Below, in pieces: positions 27,690-41,362 of a DNA stretch of 64,000 bases; positions within the stretch are counted from its first letter, which is position 1, and each line of letters begins with the position of its first letter. A model generated the notes under the pieces. It did not search any database, had not been told where the DNA came from, and saw only the letters and a program-made list of their open reading frames with translations. Both the position numbers and the translations under genes were made by a program. Origin of the DNA: the human T2T-CHM13v2.0 reference genome, Homo sapiens. The DNA lies in NCBI RefSeq assembly GCF_009914755.1, contig NC_060941.1; one strand, 5' to 3'.

Positions 27690-28600
27690 TGACATTAATG
27701 TATTGAGCATCTACTCTGTATCAGGCTCTGGGATTCAAAGATTTGTTCATTTCACAAATATCACTGGGTACCTATTTTATGAACCCTGTTCCTGCCCTCC
27801 TGTAGCTTACATTCTAGTAGGGAGATGGGCAGTAAAGAAATAAACAAGTAGATTAATAAAAATATAATGTCACCAAGAGTGAGGGGGTAGACGGTTTTGT
27901 GGGAGAGGATGATGGGAGAAAAGGGACACTATAGGCTGGAAGTCAGGAGGGCCTTTTTTTATTTCAATAGTTTTTGGGGAAAAGGTGGTGTTTGGCTACA
28001 TGGATAAGTTCTTTAGTGGTGATTTCTGAGATTTCGATGCACCCATCACCCAAGCAATGTACACTGTACCCAATGTTTAGTCTTTGATTCCTCACCACCC
28101 TCCCGCCGAGTCCCCAAAGTCCATTATATCATTCTTAATGCTTTTGCGCAGGAGGGCCTTTTTAAAAAGATGAAAAGGTAGAAAGATGAGGACTGAGAGG
28201 GTCAGAGAGGCAGGTCTTGATGTGAGACGCCAGCGTGTGTGGGGCTTTATGAGTGGAAGGGACAGGACCTGTCCTACATTTTAGAAAAACCCTGACTGCT
28301 TTGCAGAGACAGACTGTAGAGCATGAGAATAAAGGGAGGGGTGAGATGGCTAAACACAGTATGGCATGATACATGCAAAAACAGAAGTAGTTCAAAAACA
28401 AATCCTACAGAGGGAGAATTTCAATCTATCTAGGCGGGATGGGGCGCTGCACTGGGAAGGCTTCAGGGAGGAGGTGACATGGGAGTGAAGTTTTGATGGA
28501 TGAATAAGAGTTCATGAGCAGACCAGGTGGGAAAGAAGATCATGGCAGAAGGAATGCATGTGAAAAGGCAAGGAGGTTCCTAGGAAAAAATATGGTTGGT
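27690..28600 (-). mobile_element. L2 fragments, interrupted by L1PB
   Basis: tattgagcatctactctgtatcaggc, tagcttacattctagtagggaga and ggaaggcttcagggaggaggtgacat are typical of antisense L2. Confidence 0.55.
27959..28148 (-). mobile_element. Short L1PB-like 3' end with a 15-bp TSD
   Basis: ttcaatagtttttggggaaaaggtggtgtttggctacatggataagttc...; TSD caggagggccttttt at 27944-27958 and 28149-28163. Confidence 0.88.
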
Positions 28601-30389
28601 GCAGGGAAGGACCCAGCAGAAGAGAGTGACCGCATGAGGGGAGTCGAGGATGTTTGTAAGTAAGCCTTAACCTCATGACATTGAAGGGTAACTAGTACAG
28701 GTTATCCTGTGCTTATTTTTTTTTCTTTTTCAAGTATGTCAGCTCAAAAGTGGGAATTGTCAGATGCTGTTGAATAGCATTGAACAGAAATTGCTTTTGC
28801 TGGTGATCAGAAAAGATGCCACTCAGAAAAAAGGGCCAGTGCTGGAGATCCTCTCAGGTTGTGTTCCAGGTTCCACGTCTTCGAATCTGGTTGCCTTTTG
28901 CCTGTCTGGAAGGAGTCTTTCATTAAGTTGAAGCCATGTAATTAGAAATTCCATTTCTCAGCTCCGCAGACCTACAATAGGAACAGCCCCATTGGCCGCT
29001 CAGTTCCAGCATTCAGTTCCAGGCTGCCAGTGCCAAAATGCCAAACCTGGTAATTAAGAGGTGGCTCTGCAGGCACACACCTGTTCCGAGTGTGCAATTA
29101 GTGCCTGCCGCCCTTCTTACTGAGCTCAGCCCTCTGCACCGACCATTTGCAGGGACGGTGGGATGTGTGTGTACAACCTTGATTTACTGTGCTTTTTCTG
29201 AACATCAAAGTAAGAAAGTCTCACTCCTTTTGTTGTTGTTCAAAAGAGAAAGTGTAAAGGAAGGCCAGCTTGGAGTGTCTGAGGATGGAGTTTGGGCAAG
29301 CATTTGGTGGTGGACTTTTCCCCAGGATTGCTCACTCATCAGACACTTTCCCGTCTACATTCCGGGTTTATAGCTAGGCTAATTTAATTTCCAGCTGAGA
29401 GGCTACTCCCCATATGATGGTAATCTCAAATAGTTAATGAGCTAGAAGAGGAGGCAGCCTATTGGATTGATTCTGGCTCCTCGGCTCAGTGGTTTAGCAG
29501 TACTAATTTATTAGCCTGTTTGTCTGCTGGTTCGAGAGGCTTGTTTAGCCTGGCGCAGCTTCATGTATCTCCCGTCTTCTAAAGATGGATTGAGCTTGAC
29601 TTCTGGCCTCTGAACCTTTAGGATCAGCTCTCTTTTCCATTTACACACTTCGTTTATTTAAAGGGAAGAAGGAGGGCAGAGGGGATAGCCCTGGGTCGGT
29701 TCGTGAGCTCACGATACCTGTAAAGCACATTGTGAAATTCCAGTTCTTTCCAGCTGGGTTTGTATCACCAGCAGAGCCTTTTAGGTGAGCTGCCTTGAGC
29801 AACCCTGGCCTGTAATATTAGTTCCAGGATGTGGGTAAGTGGTGTTTTTCTTCCATAGAACACTGATGGCGGTTGAAAAAAAATACAGGCTAAAGTACAT
29901 AAAACAGAATAAGAATTGGGAACGAGGAATGAGGGCTGTGGTTTGGAGAGGCTAATCTAGTTATTTTCAGTTGTGTGATCATTTGTTTCAGTGGGACTGA
30001 GTGAAAAATGAACTCCTAAAATAAAGGCATTAGTGCGGAAGTGCAAAGAACTAGTAAGAGATTTAGCTTCCACTTTCTAAATTAATTTTTCTCTCATATA
30101 TATATATACACACATCACCACCATTATCATCATCATTATCATTATCATCATCATCTCTTTTATATATATATATATAAAGTGCTGTTTATTTCATTATAAT
30201 TTATAGGCCCTATAATTCCAAAAAATTAATTTAAACCCAAACCTTTTTTTTTTAATTGTCGGATAGGAAAAGAAGACAAAAACCTCTTTAGAAAGGGGGT
30301 GAGTAATTAGAGATGAGTCAGAGGTGGGATGGTTACTATATTTGAGCATTTTGATCTAGGAGGTTCTTAGAAATGTAGAGAAGTGGGAT

Positions 30390-30610
30390 GAGCATGAGAC
30401 TCAGAGTTTCACATTCTGGATTTTGAGTCCCTGCTTTGTTACATTGCCCAGTATTTGATCTGGGGCCACTTAATCTCTCCTCTCTCAGCCTCACCGTCCC
30501 ATTCTCTAAAATGAAGGAAACAACCCTTCATTGTTATTACATTGAGCCAGTGAGATCCTGAACGTCTAGTCCTTTGTGGCAGGTAAAGCGCTCTGCAACT
30601 CTTAGAGCTG
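30390..30610 (+). mobile_element. MIR
   Basis: ccacttaatctctcc...tctaaaatgaagg...gtaaagcgct. Confidence 0.55.
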
Positions 30611-30999
30611 ACATCATGATGGCCAAGGCAGGGAGAACCATCTTCTGATAAAAGGTTTGCCTCTTTCCAAGGGGTAAACTTATTTTTCTGTAGCATGAAC
30701 TTTGAGTATTGGACTGGTATCTTTGCGACTTCACAAAACTGTGCCGACTCATCATTTCAATGCTTAATAAAATATAAAGGCAGATCCCATGTGTATGTAT
30801 TGCAGGCAGAGTGTTTGGGTGGGCCTAAGTGTTATGCTAACCTCCCAGATGGCCGAAATCTAGAAAACCTGGAAGAGTCCATGTCCTCTCTCCCCCATTC
30901 ACTGACCCCTAACACAGATCATGTCAACCAGGCTTTTGACCAGCAGAACAACCAACCCGTGGCTGGTGGACAGCTGCTGGGCTGTGCCAAGGCTCTTAA

Positions 31000-31374
<375 letters not shown>

Positions 31375-31616
31375 GTGTATATGTCTTATATCTGCATTTT
31401 GCTGCAAAGAGGGTCCATCCCTTTACTCGGATTCTCCACAACTCATAAAAGCTCCAGAGCTCTGCTCCTTGGGTACTGCACTGGGGAATTTGCATACCTT
31501 TTTGTAGTCAGCAAGGGTAGCATTCTGTCGTAATATTTAACAAGGCCTATTTCTATTCTGAACAAGTGAAGAATCATGTATCTTCAGAGGAAGGAGGAGC
31601 CCAGGAAAGGGGATCC

Positions 31617-31747
31617 TTTTTAAAAGCTGTGAGAAAGCTGTGAATCAGGTCCATAGTCATTTGGGGTACATTTCTTAGGACAATTCCTGGGTCCATCTTA
31701 TATCCCCACTTTTGGTTTGCTTCTTTAACCGTCATGTTTTATGTGCT
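31617..31747 (+). repeat. Left arm of a 131-bp inverted repeat (partner 33112-33242, 126/131 identical)
   Basis: Direct alignment to the reverse complement. Confidence 0.95.
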
Positions 31748-32576
31748 TTTTTTTTTGTCTCATAAAGAAAGCTATCTCAATTCCAGATGCATTGAGATAA
31801 CTTCATATTGGGTGTGAGGAGGCTGATAACTACACCAGCTTTATAGCTTTGTGGTCAGTTGATTCCATTCCTCAGTTTGTTACCTGATAGTCCTGACTGT
31901 CTCCAAGTGACAAGTGAATCGATGTGCATTTAGCAAACCCAGGAAAACATTGTCTTTGGAGAGGTTTGAGCTTGATTAATCTCCAAAACGTGCTAATGGG
32001 GCAATAGAGAGCTCAGCTCTTGTTCTCTCCTTCAGGTGGTGTTTGCCTGTGAGCTTAGTGCCCTATGTTCCCAGCCCAGGGAATTGGAAATTGATTCATT
32101 TGGGAAAGTAACAGCTTAAAGGTCTTTATTTGATTTTGTCAGAGAATAGAGAACACCGCTGAGCTTTTCAGAGAGAGGCAGTAATTATTCTTGGTGCACC
32201 CCCGACCCCTGCCCCCAACCCCAACCTAGGCTGATTCGTCTGCCCAGAATGAGCCTTTCTGGACCCAGGAGCCCTTTTCTCGCTTATAATCTGGGGTTAT
32301 TCTTACCTTCTCTCAGTTTTGATCTGTTTTTACACATGGAGACAGGACGTAAATCTTCATTTGTTTATAACATTTCTTGGATGAACACCTAAATTCTTCC
32401 TCACCCCTCACCCTCAAAACTTCCTGGGTTACTGCTACTTCTGTGGGTGAACACAGAGTGCTTCAGTGTCATGCCCTCCATCAACTTTGCTTAAAAATTG
32501 AGGGTGCTCCTTGTCCCCACTTCTTTCTCCACATCTAACCTGTCAGTGGCTTTTCTTTCTATCTTCCTTTAAAACG

Positions 32577-32686
32577 TTTGTTTGTTTATTTATTTATTTT
32601 TAGAGATAAGGGTCTTGCCATGTGGCCCAGGCTGGTCTCGAACTCCTGGCCCCAAGTAATCCTCCAGCCTTAGCTTCCTGAGTAGC
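32577..32686 (-). mobile_element. Alu monomer (FLAM-like)
   Basis: (TTTA)n tail then a single antisense arm. Confidence 0.8.
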
Positions 32687-32795
32687 AAAATGTTTAGAAT
32701 TAGCTGCCCCTTCTTTTACATCCCCACTGTCCCCTCCCCATTCAAATCTACATATTTCGTTTATTTTTATCTATCGTTTGTTTTTTAAAAATATA

Positions 32796-33074
32796 TTTTA
32801 GAGACAGGGTCTTGCTCTGTTGCCCAGGCTAGAGCACAATGGTGTGATCATAGCTCACTGCAGCCTCCACCTCCTGGGCTCAAGTGATCCTCCCGCTTCA
32901 GCCTCCTGAGTAGCTGGGACTACAGGCACACCATCACACCTGGCTAATTTTTAAAAATTTTTGTAGAGATAGGGTCTCCACTGTGTTATCCAGGTTGGTC
33001 TTAAGCTCTTGGGCTCAAGCAATCCTCCCATCTTGGCCTTCCAAGGTGCCAGAATCATAGGTGTGAGCCACCAT
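32796..33074 (-). mobile_element. Alu (AluJ-like)
   Basis: Antisense dimer with gatcatagctcactgcagcctc. Confidence 0.92.
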
Positions 33075-33111
33075 TAAGGCGATTCTTAAAAATGATACAT
33101 AAAGCACAGAG

Positions 33112-33242
33112 AGCACATAAAACATGACAGTTAAAGAAGAAAACCAAAAGTGGGAATATAAGGTGGACCCAGGAATTGTCCTAAGAAATGTACCCCAAAT
33201 GACTATGGACCTGATCCACAGCTTTCTCACAGCTTTTAAAAA
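33112..33242 (-). repeat. Right arm of the 131-bp inverted repeat
   Basis: Reverse complement of 31617-31747. Confidence 0.95.
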
Positions 33243-34174
33243 AAGAAAACCTTAATTACACAAATCACAAAAACAAGCTGTTTGCTGAAAGGGAACCATG
33301 ACTGTTCTTGGTATTAAGCCGAGGGGCTGGCATAAAGAGATTGCCATGGGGCAATGGCTACTGGCACAGATAGGGCCCCTCCAAGAAGCACATGGTTAAT
33401 CCAGCCTTTTTGTTAAAGGATATTTTTCTTAGAAAAAGGTAAAATCATGCTCTCATCAAGGTATACAATGAGTGTGTTAAAAACCTTATTTCGCTCATTA
33501 TTAATGATGGAACCAGGCAAATGTTACCATTGGTTCAAAGGAGAAGTCAAAAGAATACAAATTTACTTGGACTTTAATTAACAAATAGATGAGAAACTGA
33601 CTTCTTCCACTGAGTAGGAGGTAGAGAAAAAAGTCCAGAGAACTCCCACCAGAAAGAACTTATTTGTATATCTCTGGTCAAGAATCAAGAATTATATTGG
33701 ATTGCTATATTGCTGTCTATATAATTTAGAAAGTTGCAGAGTCTCTCAAAAGCAATAAAAGGCTGGAGTCAGATAATCAGCGAGCGTGCTCTAAACAGTG
33801 CAAGTTTTCCACTGGAGACACCTAGTGATCTTTTTTTGCTTATTCCAAATTTCTTTACATTTTAAAAATACTGGTCTTAGTAGGCTCGCGGAGTTTATAA
33901 TCAGCTCAAAGCCTAAGCCTGTTTAAGATACGCTGCTGGTAAGTGCTGGCTCCCTGACGCCTAACAAAAGATTTTGATGCCGCCAACCTCCTACATTTTA
34001 TGTGGCTTCTCATTGCCTCAGAGGTCAAATCCAAAATCTGTCTTAGCATTTGTTCCTGCATTTGTTTACTCTTCCTTTATCTAGCAACTGTTTATTTTTG
34101 CCACAGTGCAAATAAGCCAGTCCTCACCCCCTTGGAGGACTGCTATAGCAGATGGATAGAGGTTATGATGACTC

Positions 34175-34233
34175 TGTGTGTGTGTGTGTACGTGTGTGTG
34201 TGCGCACGCACGTGTGTGCGTGTGTGTGTGCAT
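34175..34233. repeat. Imperfect (TG)/(CG) alternating purine-pyrimidine tract
   Basis: tgtgtg...tacgtgtg...tgcgcacgcacgtgtgtgcgtgtg. Confidence 0.9.
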
Positions 34234-34804
34234 TTTCAGGAAGGATGTTGGGAATGTAATAGTTATGAAAAAGGAACAAGGAGTGTATAGAAATATATTA
34301 GAAGAAGGAGGTCCAGAAAGAATAGTCCAGGAGGAGGGAAGTCCATGGGGGCCAAGAAACCTCATGATCCACTGGAGAAACCACAGGTGCTTCCTGATAG
34401 CTGGGGTGAAGCAGAGTTGGAAGGAGGGTTGGAAAGAGCGAGGGAGGAACTTAGAATTCCCTTGGAGTGAATTCATATATGCCCTGCCAGGGAGTTTGCA
34501 GGTCATTCTCAACACAACGAGAAGCTATGAACATTTCCAGATTTGGCTTTTGGAAAGATGTCTGTGGAAGCAAGGGATGGAGGGATGGACAGAGTGGATG
34601 AGGGTATTCCCAGCCTGTTTTCCAATCCATTTTTCTAACCTTATTTGCCATCATGTCTTAAAAACAAATACAAAAACAAAAAACAAAAACTTCAGTCCAG
34701 GCTAAGTGGCCCAATGGCTGTCTCATTGAGTAGGCTTTGTTCATGTTCCTAAATAGGAGCATCTTTTGTTCCTGATTTCTTCACTTCCACCTACTCTTGG
34801 GGCA

Positions 34805-35170
<366 letters not shown>

Positions 35171-36888
35171 TCACGTTTCTCATTTTCGAGTCAAGTGTAT
35201 AATATCTCTTGACTGTGTCTGGAATTTCTCTCAACATAAACGGTAAGTCCCTGGAGGGCAAGAATCATCCCGATCAACAACACACACTGGCCATATCACT
35301 GACTCCTTCATCATTATGACAAATATTAAAGTTGAATTCGAGTTTCCTTTCCTCTTGCTGCTACCTAGGAGGCATTTGCCATCACTTGAGGGATGCTTGG
35401 GAATGCAAACTAACTTTAATAATAATTAAGGCAAAATAATAAGTAATAATTAACACAAATCTGCTAATTAGTGCAATTTTTCTCATTGTTATTAACTGTA
35501 ACCATTTATTAGTCTGAACAGATGTTGATTACTGGCCACCAGAGGTAAAGCATCCCAAGTTCAATGGGGGGAGATGGGCTCAGAGTTTGCTGTGATCCAC
35601 AGGTAAAATAAGGAACTCTGATCTTATCACATTTGTTGTGTGTTTTTGCTTAGCATTTAAGTTCAAGACTTTTATGGGTATAGCCACTTAATGTCATTGC
35701 GTCACTTAATGTAATGGGTGTGATGATACATGTATGTGTCATCTTTGGACATCTTTGGACATCAGGATACTGGGACCATCACCCTTTTGAATCCTGGCCC
35801 CACCTGTTTATTATTCCAAGTTGCCCTTGATTCACCCCTGAGTTTCTTGACATATTTGCATCATGACCTCCAGTCATTAGCTTTAAGCCTTGCTAGTTGA
35901 TTCATTTTCTTTCATTCATTTATTTGTTCATTCAACAAATATTTTCAAGCGCTTGCGATGCCTGGTGTTTTGCTGTTTTTCTTGTATTTTTTTAAAGATA
36001 GTCTTTAAAACTCACAGTCTAAACAAATACGAGACAAAACATGGAAGGCAATAAGCTGCAATTAAAGATTTTGTTTTTGGAAATGGTCATTAGGCTTAAA
36101 AATAGTCACAGGGTCAGTTTTTCACGAAGCCAATGCAGGGTAAAAGGCTAATCTCACTTGTAATTCTTAGCAGCTCTCTCACTGATGGTTTAGTTACTTA
36201 ATCTCCTTGGTGTTTACTGTGTCGTTCCTTACGGGTGAAGAATGGGAGATGAACGGGAATGCTTTGTCTAAAGCACAGAAGAGTTGCTGGAAATTTTAAG
36301 ACTCACCAGTCAGGCAACATCATCTATCAAAAAGTTCTCATAGAATGTAACAAATAATCATGGAACCTACTCAAATAATGCAGAACCTTTGTCCATAGCT
36401 TCAGGCCTCCAATGCTTTCCTTCTCTCTTTGGATGTGAAATGCACAAGGCAGGTTGGACTCTGTATACTGATCTGTTGCAAAGGTATCGGGCTTTTAGAA
36501 TAAATGGTTGACCATGACAATGAAAAGATGAGAATGTAGGGAGGTTGGGCTTACTTTTCTCCTGCTGAAAGTTGATTCCGGGTAGCATCTGAACTTCACA
36601 AGCTGAGAATTCCAATAAATCCACAAAAAGAATTCCCCTAGGGAAGGGGGTGTGGACTTTAATTGATGATGTCCAATTAGAGTTTCCATTGACATTGCCA
36701 TGTCTCTTGTTTTCTTGAGACATCTCTTGGTCACCCTCAAGCATATGTACAAGCCAGTTAGGAAGAAGTAAGTACTGATGACAAGAAGGAGTGTGAGATG
36801 AGAAACAGTAGCCTTTTCTTTGTCTGTAGCATCTCAAGTTTTATACTCTCTGGGATCTTCTCTCTGATTAGAAAGTGCTTCTTTTCCA

Positions 36889-37022
36889 CCTGGCAAGGTG
36901 GCACACACCTGTAATCCCAACACTTTGAGAGGCTGTGCTGGGTGGATTGCTTGGGCCCAGAAGTTTAAGACCAGCCTGGGAAACATGGCAAAACCCTGTC
37001 TCTACAAAATAAAATAAAATAA
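36889..37022 (+). mobile_element. Alu left monomer (FLAM-like)
   Basis: Single arm ending ctctacaaaataaaataaaat. Confidence 0.8.
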
Positions 37023-37462
37023 TGCAAAAAAAGAGAGAGCAACTGCTTCATTGCTTTTCTAAAACGTTGTTGAGCTATTTAAAGCCTATGATAACGGGGG
37101 TTTATTTGCACTTACTTCCCTTCATTTTAGTTGAATTCAAGCTTATGTCTTCAGATTTTTATTGACTTAGTTACCTTATACTGTTTTTAGTGGATTGCCG
37201 TGAAGTAGGGTTCTGTTGGTTGAGCACAAGGGAAGCAGAGAGCTGGATGGAGCCATTATCTCAGACTTAAGTCAAGCGCTGATTGAAATTTCTCTTGTCC
37301 CAAACTCCTAGTGGTCCTGCACTCAGGAGATAGGGAAGGTCGCTGACGATACTGAGTCTTTTCCACAGTGCTTGCTTCTTTTTAGCAGCCTCAGATGGAT
37401 CCCTGCCCCTAAACTGGGGCTGTTTCTCTCCTTCTCAACCTAATTGTGTGCCATGAGGAAAT

Positions 37463-37484
37463 AAAGAAAGAAAGAGAGAAAGAG

Positions 37485-37547
<63 letters not shown>

Positions 37548-37760
37548 AAAGGAAGGAAGGAAGGAGAGGAAGGAAGGAAAAGAGAGAAAGAGAGAGAGGA
37601 AGGAAGGAAGGAAAGGAAGGGAGGGAGGGAGAGAGAGAGAAAGAAAGAAAAAGAAAGAAGAAAAGAAAGAAGGAAAGAGAGAAGGAGAAAGAAGAAAGAA
37701 AAAGAAAGGAAAAGAAGAAAGAAAAGGAAAGAAAAGAAGAAAAGAAAAGAAAAGAAAGAG
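37463..37760. repeat. 298-nt pure purine compound repeat including (GAAA)16, GGAA and GA units
   Basis: No pyrimidine on the + strand across the interval; perfect (GAAA)16 at 37486-37549. Confidence 0.97.
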
Positions 37761-38722
37761 CTTGTGTTAAAAGCTGCCTAATTTCCCATTCCTCCTTGGC
37801 TGATCATCTAATTCATTCAGTGATGTCAACCCCAGAAGGAGACTCAGTTTTTCTTTGTCTCCAACATCCTACAGGGGCACTAAGAAGGAGGGCACCAAAA
37901 ATGGAATGCTTCATAGCACAAGGGAAAAATTACAAGAAATCCAAACTCTTTTAAATATTTGTTGTTACTTGAACCTTTAAATTTAAAAAACGATTTTATG
38001 TCTCTTCTTCCTTAACAGCATTTCTCTCATCCAGAGCCAAATGCCAACGGAGACATAAAGAGGGGGCACAAGTGGGATTCATCCCACCTTACCCTTAGGT
38101 AGGAATTTGCTGCTTTCAGAGTGTATTCATCTACAAACTACACTGGATTCTTGGAAGAATTTTTTTGTAAAAGTGGCAGGACAAATGTTATCCTTTTACA
38201 GATGAGGAAAGATGGCACAGAGACGTTGTGCACTTGCCTGAGGCCACACAGCCTGACCTTGAACTCCACTTTTCTTTTGATTCACCAGGCTGAGTGCCTC
38301 ATTTTAAGGTACATTTGACATTGAGCATCATCTGATGACACCTCCTGGGGGTGGTCTGTACCAATGCCCTTGGGGTGCGTTTTGTACGTATTCAAACACC
38401 AAATATTTATAGAGGTTCTACTTAATGTCTGCCAGCTTGTGCCACCCTACTGCTGGCTGTAGGAGGAAGTGGTATGTGGGGAGGGGTGGGAGAAAGGGTG
38501 GTTATAATAACTTTAGAGCTGAGGAACACCCTTTTAAACCAATCCATTAATTTTTACACGCGGAGAACTGAGCACAAGCTTTTGAGTGTCTTGTCCAAGT
38601 ACCTGTTGTCTGTGGCAGGGCAGGAACTGGAACCTAGAGTTTCATATGCCCAGTGCCCACTCTGCTTTCATTCTGAGCATTGGGCAGCCCCTCCCCTTGT
38701 CCTGTTTCTCTCCTGGTTTCCC

Positions 38723-38723
<1 letters not shown>

Positions 38724-38761
<38 letters not shown>
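38724..38761. repeat. (GT)19 microsatellite
   Basis: Perfect run. Confidence 0.96.
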
Positions 38762-38762
<1 letters not shown>

Positions 38763-41362
38763 GCTTGCGGGTGGAGGTTTAGTGATTTTCATCAACTCTG
38801 TGTTGACTGGTGTTGCAGAGTGTTTTGCAAGCTCTCTGGGTGAAGGCCAGTTTACAAACATTTACACTGTGCTACCAAGGGTACAAGGGAAGGCTGCTTT
38901 TCTTGGGAATGAAGCTGGGAGCAGGGAGGGGACTACAGAGGCATGCGAAAAAGAAAAGAGAATTGCAAGCTGCTTGCTGGAGGAATGGCCCTTTGTTGCC
39001 AGGGAAGTAACCCACATAGGGCTGGAGCCCCACCGACCCAGAAAAAAGAACGGTGTTAGAGACCGGGAAGCTAGGACTCATCAGAGACAAAACGTTGGCC
39101 CAGCGTGTGCAGAGAAGAATCTGTCCAAGCAGGAAAGAGCAGAACTACTTCAACTGCAGCTGGATTTTGGTACCCTCCTCCCCTTCTTTCTGGGTACTCA
39201 GCTCTGTCCCGCCCCTGCCCATTGGCAGCACTGATTTTACTTTCTAAAAAGTCCGCTTCCCAGAAAACTCTTGTTCTTTCTTTATAATGATTTTATTTTT
39301 AAGTTGGATTTTGTTTTGCTTTTTTTTCCCCCTAGGAAATAGGACACAGGATCATTGATTTCACAGGATTTGTCCCGGCATAAACAGGAGTTTGTAAGGT
39401 CCTGTAAACAGGAGCAGTACCCCAGAGAGCTCACCCGCAAAAGACTATTAGCTTTTAATTGAAACCCTCCCTCCACCCCCACCCCCAGCCCCTTCCAGGA
39501 ACAGGAACAGGTGGCCATTGTGAAGCGGGGCCTATAACCGAGGATTCTGCCCCAATGAAAGGGATCTTGAGTTGACCCAGAGAAGCGAGATGCTCTTTTG
39601 AGCTCCACCCCCTTATGGTATTCAAGGGCTTTTCATTTTCTGAGCAGTATTGAAATTCTAGGACAATGGAGGCCAAATCCTTGTGGTGGGGGTTGGGGGC
39701 TGGGCGTGGAGAAAGGAGAGAGGGCCTGGAAGAGGAGGAGGGCTCGGGAGTCCATCCCTTGTTATTTTTCTTCTTTCCTACCCATTACCTTTAAAACATT
39801 TAAAAAAGGAAAGAGAAAGGCCTAGTAAACTTTTAATGAATAATGACATCACTTCCGGGAGCCCCACGGATCCTGCTGCGAAACCTGAAATTGAGAGCCA
39901 GTAACTATTTACAATTTCAGTTCAAATTATTCTAAACCCTCCCAAAGGAGTTCTTTGATATGCAAACATCTCCCCCAAATGGAGATAATTATTTATGGAG
40001 ATGTGGGCCTTTGAAGGGAGTTCTCAGAAAGGGTGGCTTTGAGGCTTCCTAGGAAAGGAAGGAGGTTCCAGATAAGGAGTGGCAGGGCTGATACACATCT
40101 TCTGCCCAGCCTCCTCCCGCCAAACCCCACTCCCTGGGATGAAAGCTGCTTTAAAGAAGAAACTTCCCGGAGTTACAACTTGCAGTTCAAATTACAGCTC
40201 TCCTCTGTCATTGTCCCCATGTCTATGTTAAGTTTTCTGGGAAAACTTCCTTTTCGCATCCCTGGCTGGGTGTCTTATCTTTCAGTAGATGAAGAAAGGG
40301 GAGAGGAGAGACTGTAACCTTTGTCTTTTTGACCCCTGAGGTTCCCTGGGATGTATAAGGTCATGTAGAAAGAGCCCAGGCTGTTTTTGGGGGGTGAATA
40401 CTTAAGGTTAGTACATTGGCTTTCGGAGAAGACAGTAGTTTAGGCCATGCTTGCTATTACAGAAAATGCTGTGATTAGGACTGTAATGACCTTGCGGCCT
40501 ACTCTTTCTTTTTCCCTTGGATTTTCTTTTGAAAATGCTTTAACACGTTGGTCTGAAGTACCAGATGCCCTCCCCCCATAACCTGCCAGCGTCTTCCACC
40601 TCTAGGACTTGCCTGGCAGCTTGGAAGTTTGCTTCTTGGAAGCATCCTCTACCCTCCCCCATTCGCAGCTAACCTAAAAGTCTGCAACCGCTCCCACCGC
40701 CCGTTCAAGCTGGTCACCTGAGTAGGTGGAATGGAAATCTTTCCTGGAATGGAAAGATTGAGCAACTGGTCCACGGAATGCGGAGACTGAAATAAGCCCT
40801 CAGCTTCCATCCCACCGGTTCTTGGGTCCCTCATTTCCCTTATTATCGCACTTCCTTCCCCAAGGAACAGAGCAGGAGCTAAGGATCCAGCTCCAAGCAG
40901 CTGAGGCCAAGGAGCGGCTTGGGCAACCCCATTCAGCACGGTGAGGGTACAGAGCAGAGTCCCTGATAACTGATGGGCATCCTTTCATAAAAGAGGACCT
41001 TTTATCTTTTTTTTTTTTTTTTTTTTTTTTTAATGTCGTAGGTTAAGACGTGCTAACTGACAAATCTCAGTTGTAAAACTGAGAAGGGTTTTTCTTTTTC
41101 CTGAGTGCTTGGCGGTGGTTGCTAGGGGTTTCGAGACCAGCAAAGCTGCGCATGCTCCCTGCTCCCCAGGAAGAGCCCGCAGCTCCAAGAAACCAGGTGA
41201 TGAGAATAATACCCATGATGTTGGTCTTGGTTAAGGAGTGAGACCCTGTGCGTCCCCAGAGGAGAAAATGATTGTTCTCGTAGGAAAGAAACTAAAGAGA
41301 GATGGGATCTGTGAAAGAAAACCAGAGCCATAGTAGTCAAAGCGGTATAAAAACAGATTTTA

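Noticed and set aside
37446-37781. 111-aa Lys/Glu/Arg-rich ORF
   Set aside because: It is the translation of the pure-purine repeat, which cannot contain stop codons.
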